A program made the translations under genes and the position numbers. The notes under the pieces were generated by a model that had not been told where the DNA came from, searched no databases, and saw only the letters and a list, made by a program, of their open reading frames with translations. DNA of 64,000 bases. Origin: Zootoca vivipara (taxonomy: Eukaryota). The stretch lies in assembly GCF_963506605.1 (NCBI RefSeq), contig NC_083281.1, positions 47,802,001 through 47,866,000 on the forward strand, written 5' to 3'. The stretch's first letter is position 1; each line of letters begins with the position of its first letter. Below are positions 1-11,847 of the stretch, in pieces.

Positions 1-1300
1 TGAGAACAATAATAAGATCAGTTAAACAAACTCAAATCTTCACACACACTCTAAAGAAAGGATTTCATCAGGTACAAAATTGATCTTCCACAAATGGTAA
101 GGTTACACCTCAGGGAAAGCCTTCCTCTAAACAAAAATGTATTCCATAAGCACTTAAACATCATCCTGTGGGGTGCCTGACTGTTTTTGGTAGGTAACTG
201 ATTCCAGAGACCTTATGTTGCAACACTAAAAGCCTGGTTTCTAATGCAGGCTAAGGACACCTCTGGGGCAGGCAGTACTCTGGGGCTGCAGTTGCAGGGC
301 AGCAATCTATGGTGCAAGGCAGCCCTAGACCCTTGAGAGATGAAGAAAACGCTTTTGCAGCAGATTATGCAAAAAAGCCCTCTCAGGGACAGACCATGAG
401 ATCCTTGGCAGCTTGAGGCATTCTTCCCAATGTCTAAGAAACCATCACTGCAACGCTAAAGCCAGCCCAACCTCACTGTCACCTGCCTCCTCATAAGGGA
501 AGATGGGGAGCGGGCAACACAACTGCAGCTCTGTTGTAGCATATTTTGGTGCACATGGGCATCCCAACATTTTGCAGCCTCCAAAAGAAAACCCACCAGG
601 AAAAGAGATAACTCAAATGGAGGAAAATTCACCATGGCAGGGAAGCCTTGAAAGGCTTCCAAAGCTGCAATAGGACCTGAGGACACTAGCGTGCCCACAA
701 GCCCACAGCGCTGCTTCCTGCAATAGTTGTTACTGTGAAGAAGTGGGGGGACACATTTTCCCAACAACTCAACGCTGCAGTTAGAGAACAGGGGAAATGC
801 TTTGCCCAGGAGCAGATGTGCTAGGTGTTGGTGTTGGGGACATTCTCTGGATCACTCATATTGACTGGAGGCAGCAGCCCATTCTGGGCCTGGGAAGACC
901 CAGAACACCCCTCCCCAGATGGTGCCCTCCAGATGCTGGCTGCAGATGGCAGAAGCTGGAGGGTGCCATGTCGGCTGCCCCCCCCCCCGCTTGACTTGGC
1001 AACTCTTAACACAATCTTCAAGAGCACTTTGATCTCAAACTCAGGTTGGACTGGCCTTTTGAAGGCTGACTCAATGGGCCCAAAGCCCCACAGTTCACTC
1101 ACCTGGCCTGCACCCTGCGACCATCCAGTGTGGGGGTCTCTGGCCAGGGGCTTGCTGCCGGCCACTCGGGACTTCCCCCAGACCAGCTGCGCCCTTCTTC
1201 CCATCTTCTGCAGCTCTCGCAATTCACACCTGGGCAGATTCATCTGCAGCCCCCCAGGTGATTTCCTCTTCCCTAACCTGCCTCTTCACAAGGGCCTCAC

Positions 1301-1420
1301 CTGGATGGCAGGGGCTCCTGAGTCCAGCCCCATGTAGGTGCAGGCATCAAGGGGTGACATGACATGGGTGGCCAGAAGCTGCTCCGCTGCTTCAGAGGAG
1401 AAGAAGACAACCCCACACAC
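1301..1420 (-). CDS. FCSK: FCSK coding exon 8 ([40 protein letters not shown]); gene continues beyond the left edge
   Basis: 120 nt, cag| acceptor and |gtgagg donor; matches human FCSK [40 protein letters not shown]. Confidence 0.95.
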
Positions 1421-1870
1421 CTGCAGGATTAATAAGCAGCTCAGCTTTTCAAGTGTGTTCAGCTCTTCAGTGAGATTTCAAGAGTTTCAGGCAGATGGTT
1501 CTGCTGCAGGCTTGCCCTGCAACTGAGGGCTCACCCACACTTAACTTTTGCCCTGCAGTTTGTAGCCACAGGTCCATGCTACCCTCACCCCCCGGATTTC
1601 CACAGAAAAACCTGCTCTTTGATGCTGAATCAGAATACATAGCCATTTGGGTTTCCATGGGTTGCCATTTGCTCTGGTTCAGTCTACCTCTGAATACCAG
1701 ATTATGGGGAATAACAATGGGAAAGTTGAAGTTTCCCTCGGGTTCTGCTTGGGGGCTTCCTTTCCTTAGGGGCATCTGCTTGGCTATGGTGAGAACAGGA
1801 TGCTGCACTAGATGGGTCTCATCCAGCTGCAGGGCTCTTCTTGTGACTCCAGCCCAGGCCCAGAACTCAC

Positions 1871-1951
1871 CAGTGGGACCTTCCCGTCTGGCCCCACGCA
1901 CTGCTGGATTTGGTCTTCGGGGCTTTGGTAGAAGATGTCATGCACTACCCC
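1871..1951 (-). CDS. FCSK: FCSK coding exon 7 ([27 protein letters not shown])
   Basis: 81 nt, ccag| and |gtgagt; matches human [27 protein letters not shown]; absent from the ORF track. Confidence 0.93.
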
Positions 1952-2571
1952 CTGGAGGGACAAGGATGAGCAGAGTTACCCCAAGGAGCGTCAACAGCCA
2001 ATGCACTTGGGCAGCAATTATCTATGAGAGGAAGGCCTAACGAGACACGGTGCTAATCACTTTGTTGGCTTTTTTATTTTTCTCTGAAATAGTAGCCCGG
2101 AGACTGAGGCTTTCACCCTTTGTCTCTTCCACAGTCCTGATCTGGGCTGCATCTGCCAAACCACATCTATCTGCCCTGGAAGGAAAGATACACAACTATG
2201 TCTTCTTACGGGCCCATGAAAGTAGTGGGGCAAGTGAGGAGAGGCATCTTCAGATGCTGCTGGGTTTGTAGCTCTCATCAGATCCTGCAAGAAGCATGGC
2301 TAATGGCTAATGGCCAGGGAAGATGGGAGGAAATGCAAGGGAGGAAGATGCCTGGAGGAAAGCAAGCAGCCCAGGAGAAGGGTGCCTTCAAAAGGGAAAA
2401 ACACCCAAAAGAACTCTGGGCCTGAAATTTGTTATCCATTACTTTTGTGAATTGTAGAGGCTTTCCAGACCAAGTGCCGAAAAGATCGTCCAGGATGCTC
2501 CTCTGCCTGTCCCAGGCAGGGGGTTAGAGGGGCAACTGGGTGGCTGCTGGAAGAGGCCTTGGGCGAGGTAC

Positions 2572-2669
2572 CTGAGCGTCAGCGAGGTAGACTCCATGCT
2601 GCCTAGCATAGGAAATGCTCCCAGGCACAGCAATGACTCTCACCCCCTGGAATCCATGCCAGTCGATCT
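2572..2669 (-). CDS. FCSK: FCSK coding exon 6 ([33 protein letters not shown])
   Basis: 98 nt, phase 1 start, cccag| and |gtacct; homologous to [32 protein letters not shown]. Confidence 0.95.
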
Positions 2670-2906
2670 CTGGGAGAGGAGGGGAGGCATCCAGCTTTAC
2701 ATAAGATTTGGCAAATCTTGCCCATTGAGGAACACCCACCCATGACCTCCCAAAATAGAAATCAAAATTAAAGGAACACCTCAAAATGAATCAGGGGAGG
2801 AGAAAGAAGGCACTTTTTAGCCATTCCTCAGGACGCAACCTTTTCCGGCTTGCACAGAACCACCACTCTCTCCCAGCCAGTCCTTGCAGCCTCCCATACA
2901 CCTCAC

Positions 2907-2979
2907 CTTTCATGGTTGGGACTGTGAGAAGCATATCCGTGCTGGAAACCCAGACCCCTGGGGGGGAGCCTCTGCACAC
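2907..2979 (-). CDS. FCSK: FCSK coding exon 5 (VCRGSPPGVWVSSTDMLLTVPTMK)
   Basis: 73 nt, ttccag| and |gtgagg; GSPPGVWVxSTDMLL motif. Confidence 0.96.
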
Positions 2980-3132
2980 CTGGAAATGAAGGCAAGGAGG
3001 AGGAATCTGAGCCTGTAGGAGCAGGAGCTGCACCTCTGAGCCCCTGCAGGGCACGGTGGGGGTTGGCAGGGAGAGGGCAAAGCCCACCAAGGCACTGAAA
3101 CAGGACAGCCTGCAAGGATCCACCACACTGAC

Positions 3133-3258
3133 CTGGTGCATCAGGGTTGCAAGGAGGCTGTCCAGGTTGCAGGTGAGTGCCTCAGCAGGGGCTGCAGGAT
3201 CCTCCAGGGGGAGGCAGGTGAATGCTCGGCTGCAGTCATCGAATAGGAAGTCCCGGCC
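3133..3258 (-). CDS. FCSK: FCSK coding exon 4 (GRDFLFDDCSRAFTCLPLEDPAAPAEALTCNLDSLLATLMHQ)
   Basis: 126 nt, gccag| and |gtcagt; matches [21 protein letters not shown]. Confidence 0.95.
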
Positions 3259-3484
3259 CTGGCAAGAAGGAAAGCAGAATAGCAGAGCAGCAGAGGGAGC
3301 AGGCCGAAGGCACAGCCTCCAAGTAGCTGAGGATTAGGAGCAGCTTGTCCCATCCAAGAGGAGGGAAGTCTCCTGCTGTGGAAGCTCTTCTCCTTGGTGC
3401 CTGACTAGAAATGAGGCACCGCCCTCTTGCTCTTCTGAGGATCGCACCCAAGCACGGTCAGTACAGCCCCGCCACAGAGCTCAC

Positions 3485-3535
3485 CATGTGCAGAATGAGG
3501 ATCCAGGCCTTTTGCAAGACATCAGATGTGACCAC
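3485..3535 (-). CDS. FCSK: FCSK coding exon 3 (VVTSDVLQKAWILILHM)
   Basis: 51 nt, tccag| and |gtgagc; matches VVTSDVLHSAWILILHM. Confidence 0.95.
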
Positions 3536-3702
3536 CTGGAAGGAACATCAGAGGGGGGTCTCTTAGATTAGGAAATACAATGGTCTGGAAGCTGAAGGAC
3601 AAAGGCAGGTGCCGTGAGCAGGGCAGAGGAGGCAGAAGGAGGCAGCTTGGGGTCAGGGATCCTGGCAGTGGACAGTTGGCATTTGTCTTCTCCCTTGCTC
3701 AC

Positions 3703-3854
3703 CGTGTAGCCTGCTCGAGCGCTCAAGTGCTCAGCTGCCACTAGTAGTGCGTTGAGGGTGGCTCCTCCGCTGCCAACCTGGCCCTTGGGGTCTTCAACCG
3801 TCAGCAGGATGGGCTGTCGCCCCAAGGAGCCCCGATCCCTGCGGACCTCCAGTT
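3703..3854 (-). CDS. FCSK: FCSK coding exon 2 (ELEVRRDRG...[25 protein letters not shown])
   Basis: 152 nt, ttccag| and |gtgagc; [30 protein letters not shown] motif. Confidence 0.97.
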
Positions 3855-4508
3855 CTGGAAGCCAAACGAATAGAGACTCAGTAAACACAGATCACAGCAT
3901 AGAGAGGGAGAAGGGGGGAGGCCCCCGGCAGCTTGTGAGAAGCCCCGGAGGTAGGAGTGGAAGGGTCAGTGGCTCCCTGGTTGGTTCCAGCCTTTCCTGC
4001 ATCCCTCAGCCCTGCCAGCCCTTGTCTGATGCTGGTCCAGCCATGCCTGCCAGTGGATTCTCAAATACTAAAAGTTTTCAGGGTGACCCAGGACACTGCT
4101 TGGGCTTGCTTTTGGTCAGGCAGCAGAATATTAAAGGCTCATAATTAGCTGCTAAGCCTGCCACCTCCCCAAAGACATCAAATCTAGCCTAAAGCGCGAG
4201 AATAGCAATTAAAGGATTGCCTACGATCAACAAGGTGTCGTCAGTGAAAAATTTAATACCATACTGCCAACTCATTTTTTAAAAAAACCACAGTGCTCTA
4301 CAACAAAATCATGAAAGCATAATGAAATTACAAAATCACAAAATAGCTCTGGATTTTCAACAAAGGGTTGAGTGAGGTGGCCTACAAGCTCCATTCCAAC
4401 TTCATTGTTCTGAGGCCCCCCCCCCATTTTTAATTCAGCTCCAGCCCTAACCTTGCCCTGCAATGTGTTGGCTCGGATCTCTGTGTGGACAGGAAGGCCT
4501 CCACTCAC

Positions 4509-4587
4509 CTTTTTGGAAGGCAAAGACGCTGTCCTTGTGCTGACATGTCAGAACGATGACGGTCCAGTCCACCTCTCCTCCAGCCAT
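4509..4587 (-). CDS. FCSK: FCSK first coding exon (MAGGEVDWTVIVLTCQHKDSVFAFQK); exon probably starts at 4627
   Basis: ATG at 4587, donor gtgagt after 4509, acceptor ctcccttatttgcag before 4627; matches human [22 protein letters not shown]. The 8 exons join in frame (780 nt). Confidence 0.95.
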
Positions 4588-6009
4588 GCGTTTAAAACAG
4601 GCCTCTCTGCTTTTTGCACTGCTGAGCCTGCAAATAAGGGAGCCACCTGCCAATCAAGCTCAGCTTAAAAGCCACTGATCTGAGTGACACAATTAAACAA
4701 GCCCTGCCAAATCACAAGGTTGGGCCCCTCCAGTATCTATTAGTGAACATGGAAAAGGGGTGGCATATGTCAGCCCAACCATGCAGTTCTTGGGTCTACT
4801 GAAGAGCCAACGTGATTTTTTGTTGGACTACAACTCCTATCACCACTGAACACTGGGTCATTTTTGGCTATTGCTGATGGGAGATGGAGTGCAACAACTT
4901 CTGGGGGACACCATATGGGTGCAGTGGGTGAAGAGAGTAGGGGAACCAGTGTTCCAATTGCTGTCTGCTTATGAATCTTGCTGGCTGATTGATGTGGGCT
5001 ACCTGCTGTCTCACTGGACTACTGTGTGTCCCTGTGCCTGCCTGTAGGTAAACCTAAGTGGGTATGACTTCCCTAATGCGTACATTGTTCTTTCCCACTT
5101 CCCTCCTCCTGCCCATGCAATCTCAAATATACATTGGATGCCCCTTGCAGGACAGGGTGGGTAGGGCAGTGGCGGCTCTCCTCTGGCGCACTCTATAAAC
5201 ACCAGGAACACCATGGATGAAGTTATATGCAAAAATAAATAATACAAAGGTTACTGCATATCACCAAAGGGCATTGCATCTCTCTCATACTTCTCTCAAA
5301 AAGAAATGGATTTATGTTCACTCTCTCCTGGATAAAGTTTATTTATGCTGATAAAAAAAATTGGTCCCCAGAAGGCAAGGGGTCATTGATAGGTCTATGG
5401 GGAGCTTTGGGTCTCTAGCTTTTGTGGTCACCCCACCATTCTGGCGGCAAAGCAATTGTGAGGATCCTGCTCTTTCAGCGCTTTTGTGCATCATTCCTTC
5501 TTTCACAAGCTGAACAAATTAAGCTGAATATATAAATATAAAACATGCAGAATTAGCATGATTTATACTGGCTGCAAGATTTGTTTTTCTCTAATGCCAC
5601 TAAACATAGACCTAAGTGTTTTAATCAACACAGCCTGACGTAAAAACAATCCTGGGCATTAACTTGGGCGGGGGAAACAAAACAAATTGTGCCAGGACTA
5701 CTTGGCATTGGCATCCTGCCCCCCTGCCCAAGTAGGTGACTCTATTTTGTACCACAGTGAAACAAAGAGTTTGTGGGATCTTGCCACAGCCCCACTCCCA
5801 TTACAAATAACTGCATTTTTGACATGCATGTGTGCCGCCAAAGCCAAGGCCTTCCTACTGGGCTCCCTGCCAACATCATCCCTGAAATTTTATCTTTTCC
5901 ATTTTATCAGTTTCATTGTGTAGAGAGGAAAAACCCACCCCACAGTCTCACCCCAGAGGGCTCAGCATCTGAAGAATACTTGCTAAGCTTTTACATTTTT
6001 TAACGTTTT

Positions 6010-6220
6010 GTCATTATTGTTACATTTCTATCCCACTACCTTTTCTACAAAGAGCTCATGGAGGTGAAGATGGTTCTCCACCCACCTCCTCATTTTTATC
6101 CTCACACCCACCCTGTGAGGTAGGTTAAGCTCAGAGAGCGAGAGACTGCCATGGCTGAGCGGAGTTTTGAACCCAGGTCTCCCAAGCCCTATGAGGCCAG
6201 CACTACACACCACACGGCCA
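6010..6220 (-). mobile_element. Degenerate tRNA-derived Squam/CORE-type SINE
   Basis: ctcacacccaccctgtgaggtagg...ttttgaacccaggtctccc...cactacacaccacac pattern, similar to the copy at 49265-49515. Confidence 0.6.
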
Positions 6221-6560
6221 TTCAGCTGCCCTTGAGGGGGGCATTCCCTCCCTCATAGGAGCCAGGCGCCCCCTCCACTCCTTGGGGGAAGGACTTTCCG
6301 GCCCTCTCACGGGGCTTCCTTCCGTGAGGCCCACTTTGCAGGTAGCGAAGCTGTTGCAGCCCGAAAGTGCATGACACGCTTACACGGGAGTAAGTCCCAC
6401 TGGAGCCAAAACGACTTACTTCCGAGTAGACGTGCAACAAACCCCTTTTAAATATCGGATTAATCAGCCCCTCCTTAACACGCCACGACAACCTCCTCCT
6501 CTTGCACTGGCGCTTTAACTGAGCCCTCTTTCCCCTGGATCCCCACCCCACCCCGAGATA

Positions 6561-6640
6561 TGCACTCTGGGAAATGTAGTCCACTCACTCACAAACCGGG
6601 GAAGGTCCATCTGCTCGTAGAACTACACTTCCCAGGAGGC
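6561..6640. promoter_or_regulatory. Probable FCSK promoter with two oppositely oriented ZNF143 (SBS)/THAP11-type motifs
   Basis: Minus strand GGACTACATTTCCCAGAGTGCA (6561-6582) and plus strand AACTACACTTCCCAGGAGGC (6621-6640), in a CpG-enriched region about 2 kb upstream of the first coding exon. Confidence 0.7.
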
Positions 6641-7424
6641 GTTATGCTTCGAGTCGGGAGGTGGGGCTGCTCTTCCTTCTTTAAAGGCACAGGCCCTCTT
6701 TAGCTCACATAGGTGCCTCCTAACCAGCCTCTGCGGCGGCGATATTGCAGGACTTGAGTCAGCACCACCTTGCAATGCTAATTCCTTGGAAGTTTTATAT
6801 GTGTGTGCTTGCGTTTGCGCGCGCAGTGGTCCTATGCGGCTTACTTTGAAGAAAAGCCCTCTGAGTTCAGCAGGCGTTAACTCTCAACTAGATGTTCAGC
6901 CGGATCCTATGCTCACTTACTAGGAATGAGCCCCTAAGACCTTCATTGGTACCCTTGGGTAGATGCCCCAGACCCTGAGCTTTCACTTAAATATTAAAAA
7001 GTAAGTCTCTGGACCTCCGAGAAAGAAATTTGGGAAGCAACTGTGAGGGTACCTTTGTAAGCAAACTGTGAGAGTGCCTTTCTGAAGTGAAATGAGCCAA
7101 ACGCTTTCCCCCCTTGCGGCCTGCCACTCTTCTTAGCTAATCAGCAAAGTCAGAGTTATGAATGATTGACGACGAGCGCGATGTTCCGACACCAGGGGAA
7201 AATAATCCCGGAGTCTTAAAAGCGGCCGTTTCCTCCTCCCATTTGGTGTGCTTTCCCTGCCTCCTCCTCATTTTCTATCTAGCCCATGGAATCTCCACCG
7301 TTTCCACTGCCTTTACTACCAGGCAGCAATACTAGTATGCATCTTTCTTCTCAGAAAAGTGGTCCCTAAAAGGCTTATTCTGAGATCAGGTAGTCTCTAA
7401 AGAAAGTCATTTATAGTATGTGCA

Positions 7425-7515
7425 CATAGCTGCCAAGTTATCCCTTTTTTTAAAGGGAAATTCCCTTATGCTGAATAGGCTTCCTCGTGAGAAAAGGGAA
7501 AACTTGGCAGCTATG
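7425..7515. mobile_element. 91-bp MITE with 15-bp terminal inverted repeats (TIRs) and a 6-bp TSD
   Basis: CATAGCTGCCAAGTT...AACTTGGCAGCTATG flanked by TGTGCA on both sides. Confidence 0.8.
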
Positions 7516-9129
7516 TGTGCAGGCGGATGTTAAAAGAAAGCCCTTCTCTCCCCCGCCCCCTCTACAAACGTAAAAACGTCTTAGGCACGTTTCCTGGTGT
7601 GCAGCAGCTGAACGCCATACACTCTTTAAGAATTTACTGTATTGTTAACTTGCAGCACCATAATATACGTCTATTCAAAAGAAAGCCTCTTTGTTTTTAA
7701 GAGTGCTTACTCCCAGGTAAGCGAGTATAAGATGACAGCCTAGGCTTTGGTTTAGGTTGGCGCTAGGGAAAATCGGGTTTTTTGTACCTCGAATAGCTGC
7801 ATGGCAGGCAGAATTTCAACAGGTTAATACTTTTCTGGTATGAAAAAGCCTCACCATGACTGTACTCGTTCTAATTTTGTGTTATGCTCTGTCCCCCTCC
7901 CTGGCAGCCATCCCTGTGCCTTGAGTAGTACAGCCCAAAATTCAAAAGTCTTCAAGCAGGAGGCTTTCCCAGCCTTGCTTGAAGGAGTTGAACCAGGAGT
8001 TGCACCTGTCCTGGGACCTTTTGATTGCAAGTCAGGTGCTCTGCCACTAAGCCTTTGCTCTTCATGAGTCCCCTTAGCTTGCTCAGTGTGTTAAGAATGT
8101 GCGTGAGAAAGCAGGCTGTCTGTGGACTTGTGAGAGTGTGTATGTTCTGGGCTATTATTCTCAGGTCCCATCCACACTATGCATTTAAAACAGCATCTTG
8201 CTACTTTAAATGGTCATGGATTCCCACAAAGAATTCTGGGAACTGTTGTGTGATAAGGGTGCTGGGAGTTGTTAGGAGAGCCCCCCCCCCAAGCTGCAAT
8301 TCCCAGAGTTCCTTGGGCAGAGCAATTGATGTTTGAACCTACTCTGGAAACAGGAAATGGGAAATGTAATACAGGAGATGTATTAGTGCACGTGGGGAAA
8401 ACAAGTGTCTTGTGCTAACCATGTGATGGAGGAGCTGTCCAAAGAGTTCAGAGGTAAATAATGAATGAGATCTCTCCTCGTGGCAGGAAGCTTAGCTATT
8501 GCTCCATAAGATGGGACAATCTGAACACTGAAAGTGGGCTTGGGGGTGGGGGTCTGCTGATTGCTCAAGAACTCCCAAATCAACAATGGGTGCTTCCAGG
8601 CAACAACCTGCTCATTGATTTGCTTGCATCCCTCCACCATTCTTTTTATTGCTGTTCGTTTGGGGAAGAAGCACGCAGCTTTGCAACCACTTCACCTGAG
8701 TTCGGCAGTACGTGATGAAGGCAGGACGCTTCTAGACTGTCGCTAACTCAATCAGGCATTGGCAAATTCGGGTCTCACAATTACTGCACGTTGGGAGATT
8801 TTGCACATTGAACGAATTCCCCCCCACCTACCCAAAGATCGAGGGGTTTGGGTTAAGGAAAGTGCCGGGAAAATGCTCTTCTTTGCATCCGACTTCCTCA
8901 CAAACAAATCAGTATACAGTAGTTCAATAAATAGTCAATCCCGGGGGGGGGGGTGAGTTTTACCAATAGTGACTCGAGGCTCCCCCACCTTTTAGAGGAG
9001 CTGTCCCTTTAGCAAGCACAACCACCGAGCTCCCCGCACCCCAGTTTTCTTATTTCCATCCGCTCTTCTCGGAGGTCGGTTTATGCCGCCTTGCAAGGAA
9101 GCGCACAGCCTGGCTTTCTTGGCCACGAG

Positions 9130-10350
9130 TAGCGCATTAAAGGCCGCGCGCCGATGCCCTGAAAGAGCGCGTGCTCCTGCCGGTGCCCTTGCTAGATGCC
9201 TTGGGGCAGAGATCTCGGAAAGCGCCGGGGACGCGTCCCGCAGGGCTAGGAGGGCTACGTAGCGGCGCCCACCCGATCACAGAGGCAACGGCAGCCCTGC
9301 TGGAGAGGAGTGGGCTGCGGCGGTAGCCCCCTCCACCCGCTCTTCCCACCGCCGAGGCGAAGCTGGCGAGGGGCCGAAGAGGCGGTCTCTTCTTCCCGCC
9401 CCGGGGGCCGAGGCAGCTGGGAGCCCCCCGCCCCTCGCCCCTCCGCAGAGTCTCCGCCCCTCCTCCCCTCCCCTCCGACGGCCGGCCTCGCTCCCTCCTT
9501 TCCGCGCGCATCTCGGCCGGCGGAGCGGCGCTGAGGATGGGGCGGCGGGGCGCCTGCGAAGGCAGCAGCCAGGAGCCCCGCGGCAGGACAACGACGCTGC
9601 CCTTGCTGCTGAGGAGGCCGCTGCCGCCGCCTGGTGAAACGGGGCTGAGCTGAGCTGGGCCCGGTGTCGCCAGTCCGCCCGCCCGCTGCCGCTGAATCCC
9701 CCAAACGCCCACCATGGATGGGGCCCGCGGCAGCCGCCGGCCGCAGAAGCAGGTAAGGGGCAGGCAGGACGACGACGACGAAGAGGAGGCCTGCGCGGGG
9801 CTGGGCAGCGAGCAGCTCTTTCCGCCGCCTTTGTCTCTCCGGCCCTCCGGGGGAGTGGACCCGGCCCGCAGAGCAGCCCAGTGGGGCGGACCGCCTGCCT
9901 GCCTGCCTGCCGCAGCATCGCGAGGGGCTGCTGAGCTGTGGCAGAGGCCGAGGGAGGGCCCGGCCGGGGGCTGTTGCTGCTGCTGCTGCTGCTCCCTTCT
10001 GGCTTCTCTTGCTCTGCGAAGCAAAGGGGCGCTCGGTCGCCGCCGCGCTTTCAGGGGCTTTTCCCGCTCGGGAGGGCGCCGCCGCCTTGGGTTCTGCGCG
10101 CCCGGCTGTAGCTAGCCCGGCGGAGTTCTGCCGCTGCTGCCTGTGAGGGGTCCCAGGTTTCGACCTGGCTTTGCCGGGAGGCCGAGCCGAGCCGGGATCT
10201 CTATTCTGGCAGGGGGGCCGGGGATTATCCTGGGCCCCTCGCCTTTCCAACGCGTGCCTCCGGGATCCCTGGCTTGAAAAGGGGCTGCTTCCGGCCGGGC
10301 CTCTTGCCGGCTGCTCCTACGGAGTCTTCCTCAGCCCCGAAATCGGTAAA
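9130..10350 (+). promoter_or_regulatory. ST3GAL2: CpG island / ST3GAL2 promoter
   Basis: Very GC- and CpG-rich, several GC boxes (CCGCCC), contains a strong splice donor at 9752. Confidence 0.85.
9470..9752 (+). other. ST3GAL2: ST3GAL2 non-coding exon 1 (5' end approximate)
   Basis: Donor CAG|GTAAGG at 9752/9753 inside the CpG island; as recalled, vertebrate ST3GAL2 has a distal non-coding first exon and a long intron 1. Confidence 0.7.
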
Positions 10351-11847
10351 ATTCGGTATGTAACCGGAGTATTACCTTGCCACGGCTGTTCCCTCTGCAT
10401 TCGGTTGCTTCTGGGCATGTGTAGAGTGGACTGCCTGCCGCAGCTGAGAGCACTTTGAGGCAGCACCTCTCTCGTTGTTTTGCGTTGGTGCCCAAGAGTT
10501 CGAAAAGGGGTCAATTGCCTCCTGAGGGCACTTCAGTGGCAGAGAGTGCTGGAGTGGAAGACCCCGGGTCCAGTCCTGGAAGAGCTGCTGCCAGTCCGTG
10601 TAGGCAGAACAGGGCAAGATGGATCCATAGTCTGACGGCAGCCTTCCCCAACTACCTGCCTTCCATATGTTTTGGGCTGCGCTTGACCCCAGCATCCTAC
10701 AGCTGTGCTAGGTGAGAGGAGTTTCAGTCAGAAACATCTGGAGGGCACCAAGCTGGGGGTCCATCCACCCCACCCCATTCTCTGTTCCCAGCACTGGTCA
10801 GCCAGAAGTCTCAAAGAGAAGCCCCACAAATTGGACATGATGGCAACATTGCATGCCCCCAGCACCTGCTGTCCAGAGGTAGACTGCCTCTGGATGTGGA
10901 GGTTGCATTTAACTGTGATGTTAGACAAAGCTATAAAGGGAAGGCCTATGTCAGTGGCAATCACTGCCCCTTGTGGTGAGGGGTTCCCCATAAACTGATG
11001 GTTTGTTTTGTGTGATTGAATGGACTTCCATCCTTACTTAACAGTCTGTTGTCAGCAAACTTCATTGCATGACCCTGGGGCCTAGTTTTTAAAAGAGCTT
11101 CGACTTCTTTAACTGTGTGATGTCGTCAGTCATATGTATCAAATTCTTACATCTTGATACAGAGCACCACCCAAACCTGTGTTTCAGGTCAGCCTTGACA
11201 AAAGTCTCTAGCCTGCTAAGAGACTGCTAGCAGCCTGCCCTGGAGGATTCTTGGCTGTCGAGTAAGCAGACTGGGGGGAGGAGGGAGGGAGAGATCATTC
11301 TGCTGCCCTTGAGCCATTGGGCCAACCCATTTGCTTTCTGTGCTGGTAGCCACAAGGGAATTGACCTTTCTTCACAGCTCAGCACAGAAAGCAAGTGGGC
11401 TTGGATCTGCTCCTCTGCTAGCCTGTTGTTGTGTTTCTGTTTTGGCTTCCTTCTCCTCTCTGTGTCTACAACAAAAACCAAGCCATGCAGTGATCTCTCT
11501 CCCCACCAGCCTACTCACTTGCCAGCATGGAATTCCTTGTTGCCTATAGCGACTAGGCTTGCTATTTAAAGCTGGTTCCGATGGGTTTCTCTCTCCAGCA
11601 TTTTGCACAGTGAGGACGGATGCAATTTCTGCTCTCCAGCAACCCTTTGCCATCATGGCCCTGGCTGGCTTCCATTTCCTGAGGTATTTAAATTGGTTGT
11701 CTTTATGCCTTTAGGAAAGAACACTTCAAATGTCTTCATTTGCTGTTTGCTGTATGCACTTGTCTGCTCAGGGTTTGTGTTCCTTTTTGTTCTCATTCAG
11801 GGGCAATATGCTTTGCACTCCCTCCCCCCCCATTCTTATGACTTCTA

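Noticed and set aside
456-1243. Possible next FCSK exon (LSLFL and RAQLVW similarity, donor-like site near 1102)
   Set aside because: No continuous match to the expected LSLFFDIL...LWRELR exon; the real exon is probably left of the window
2117-2175. AG/GT-bounded segment first considered as FCSK exon 7
   Set aside because: In-frame stop and no homology; the true exon is at 1871-1951
6370-6440. Strong GTAAGT donor as the end of FCSK exon 1
   Set aside because: It lies in a short palindromic squamate repeat, and an alternative donor exists near 6311; cannot choose without transcripts
9137-10250. Long overlapping ORFs of 213-331 aa on the minus strand
   Set aside because: Low-complexity Arg/Gly/Ala/Pro frames open in several phases; expected stop-codon depletion in a CpG island; no domain recognised
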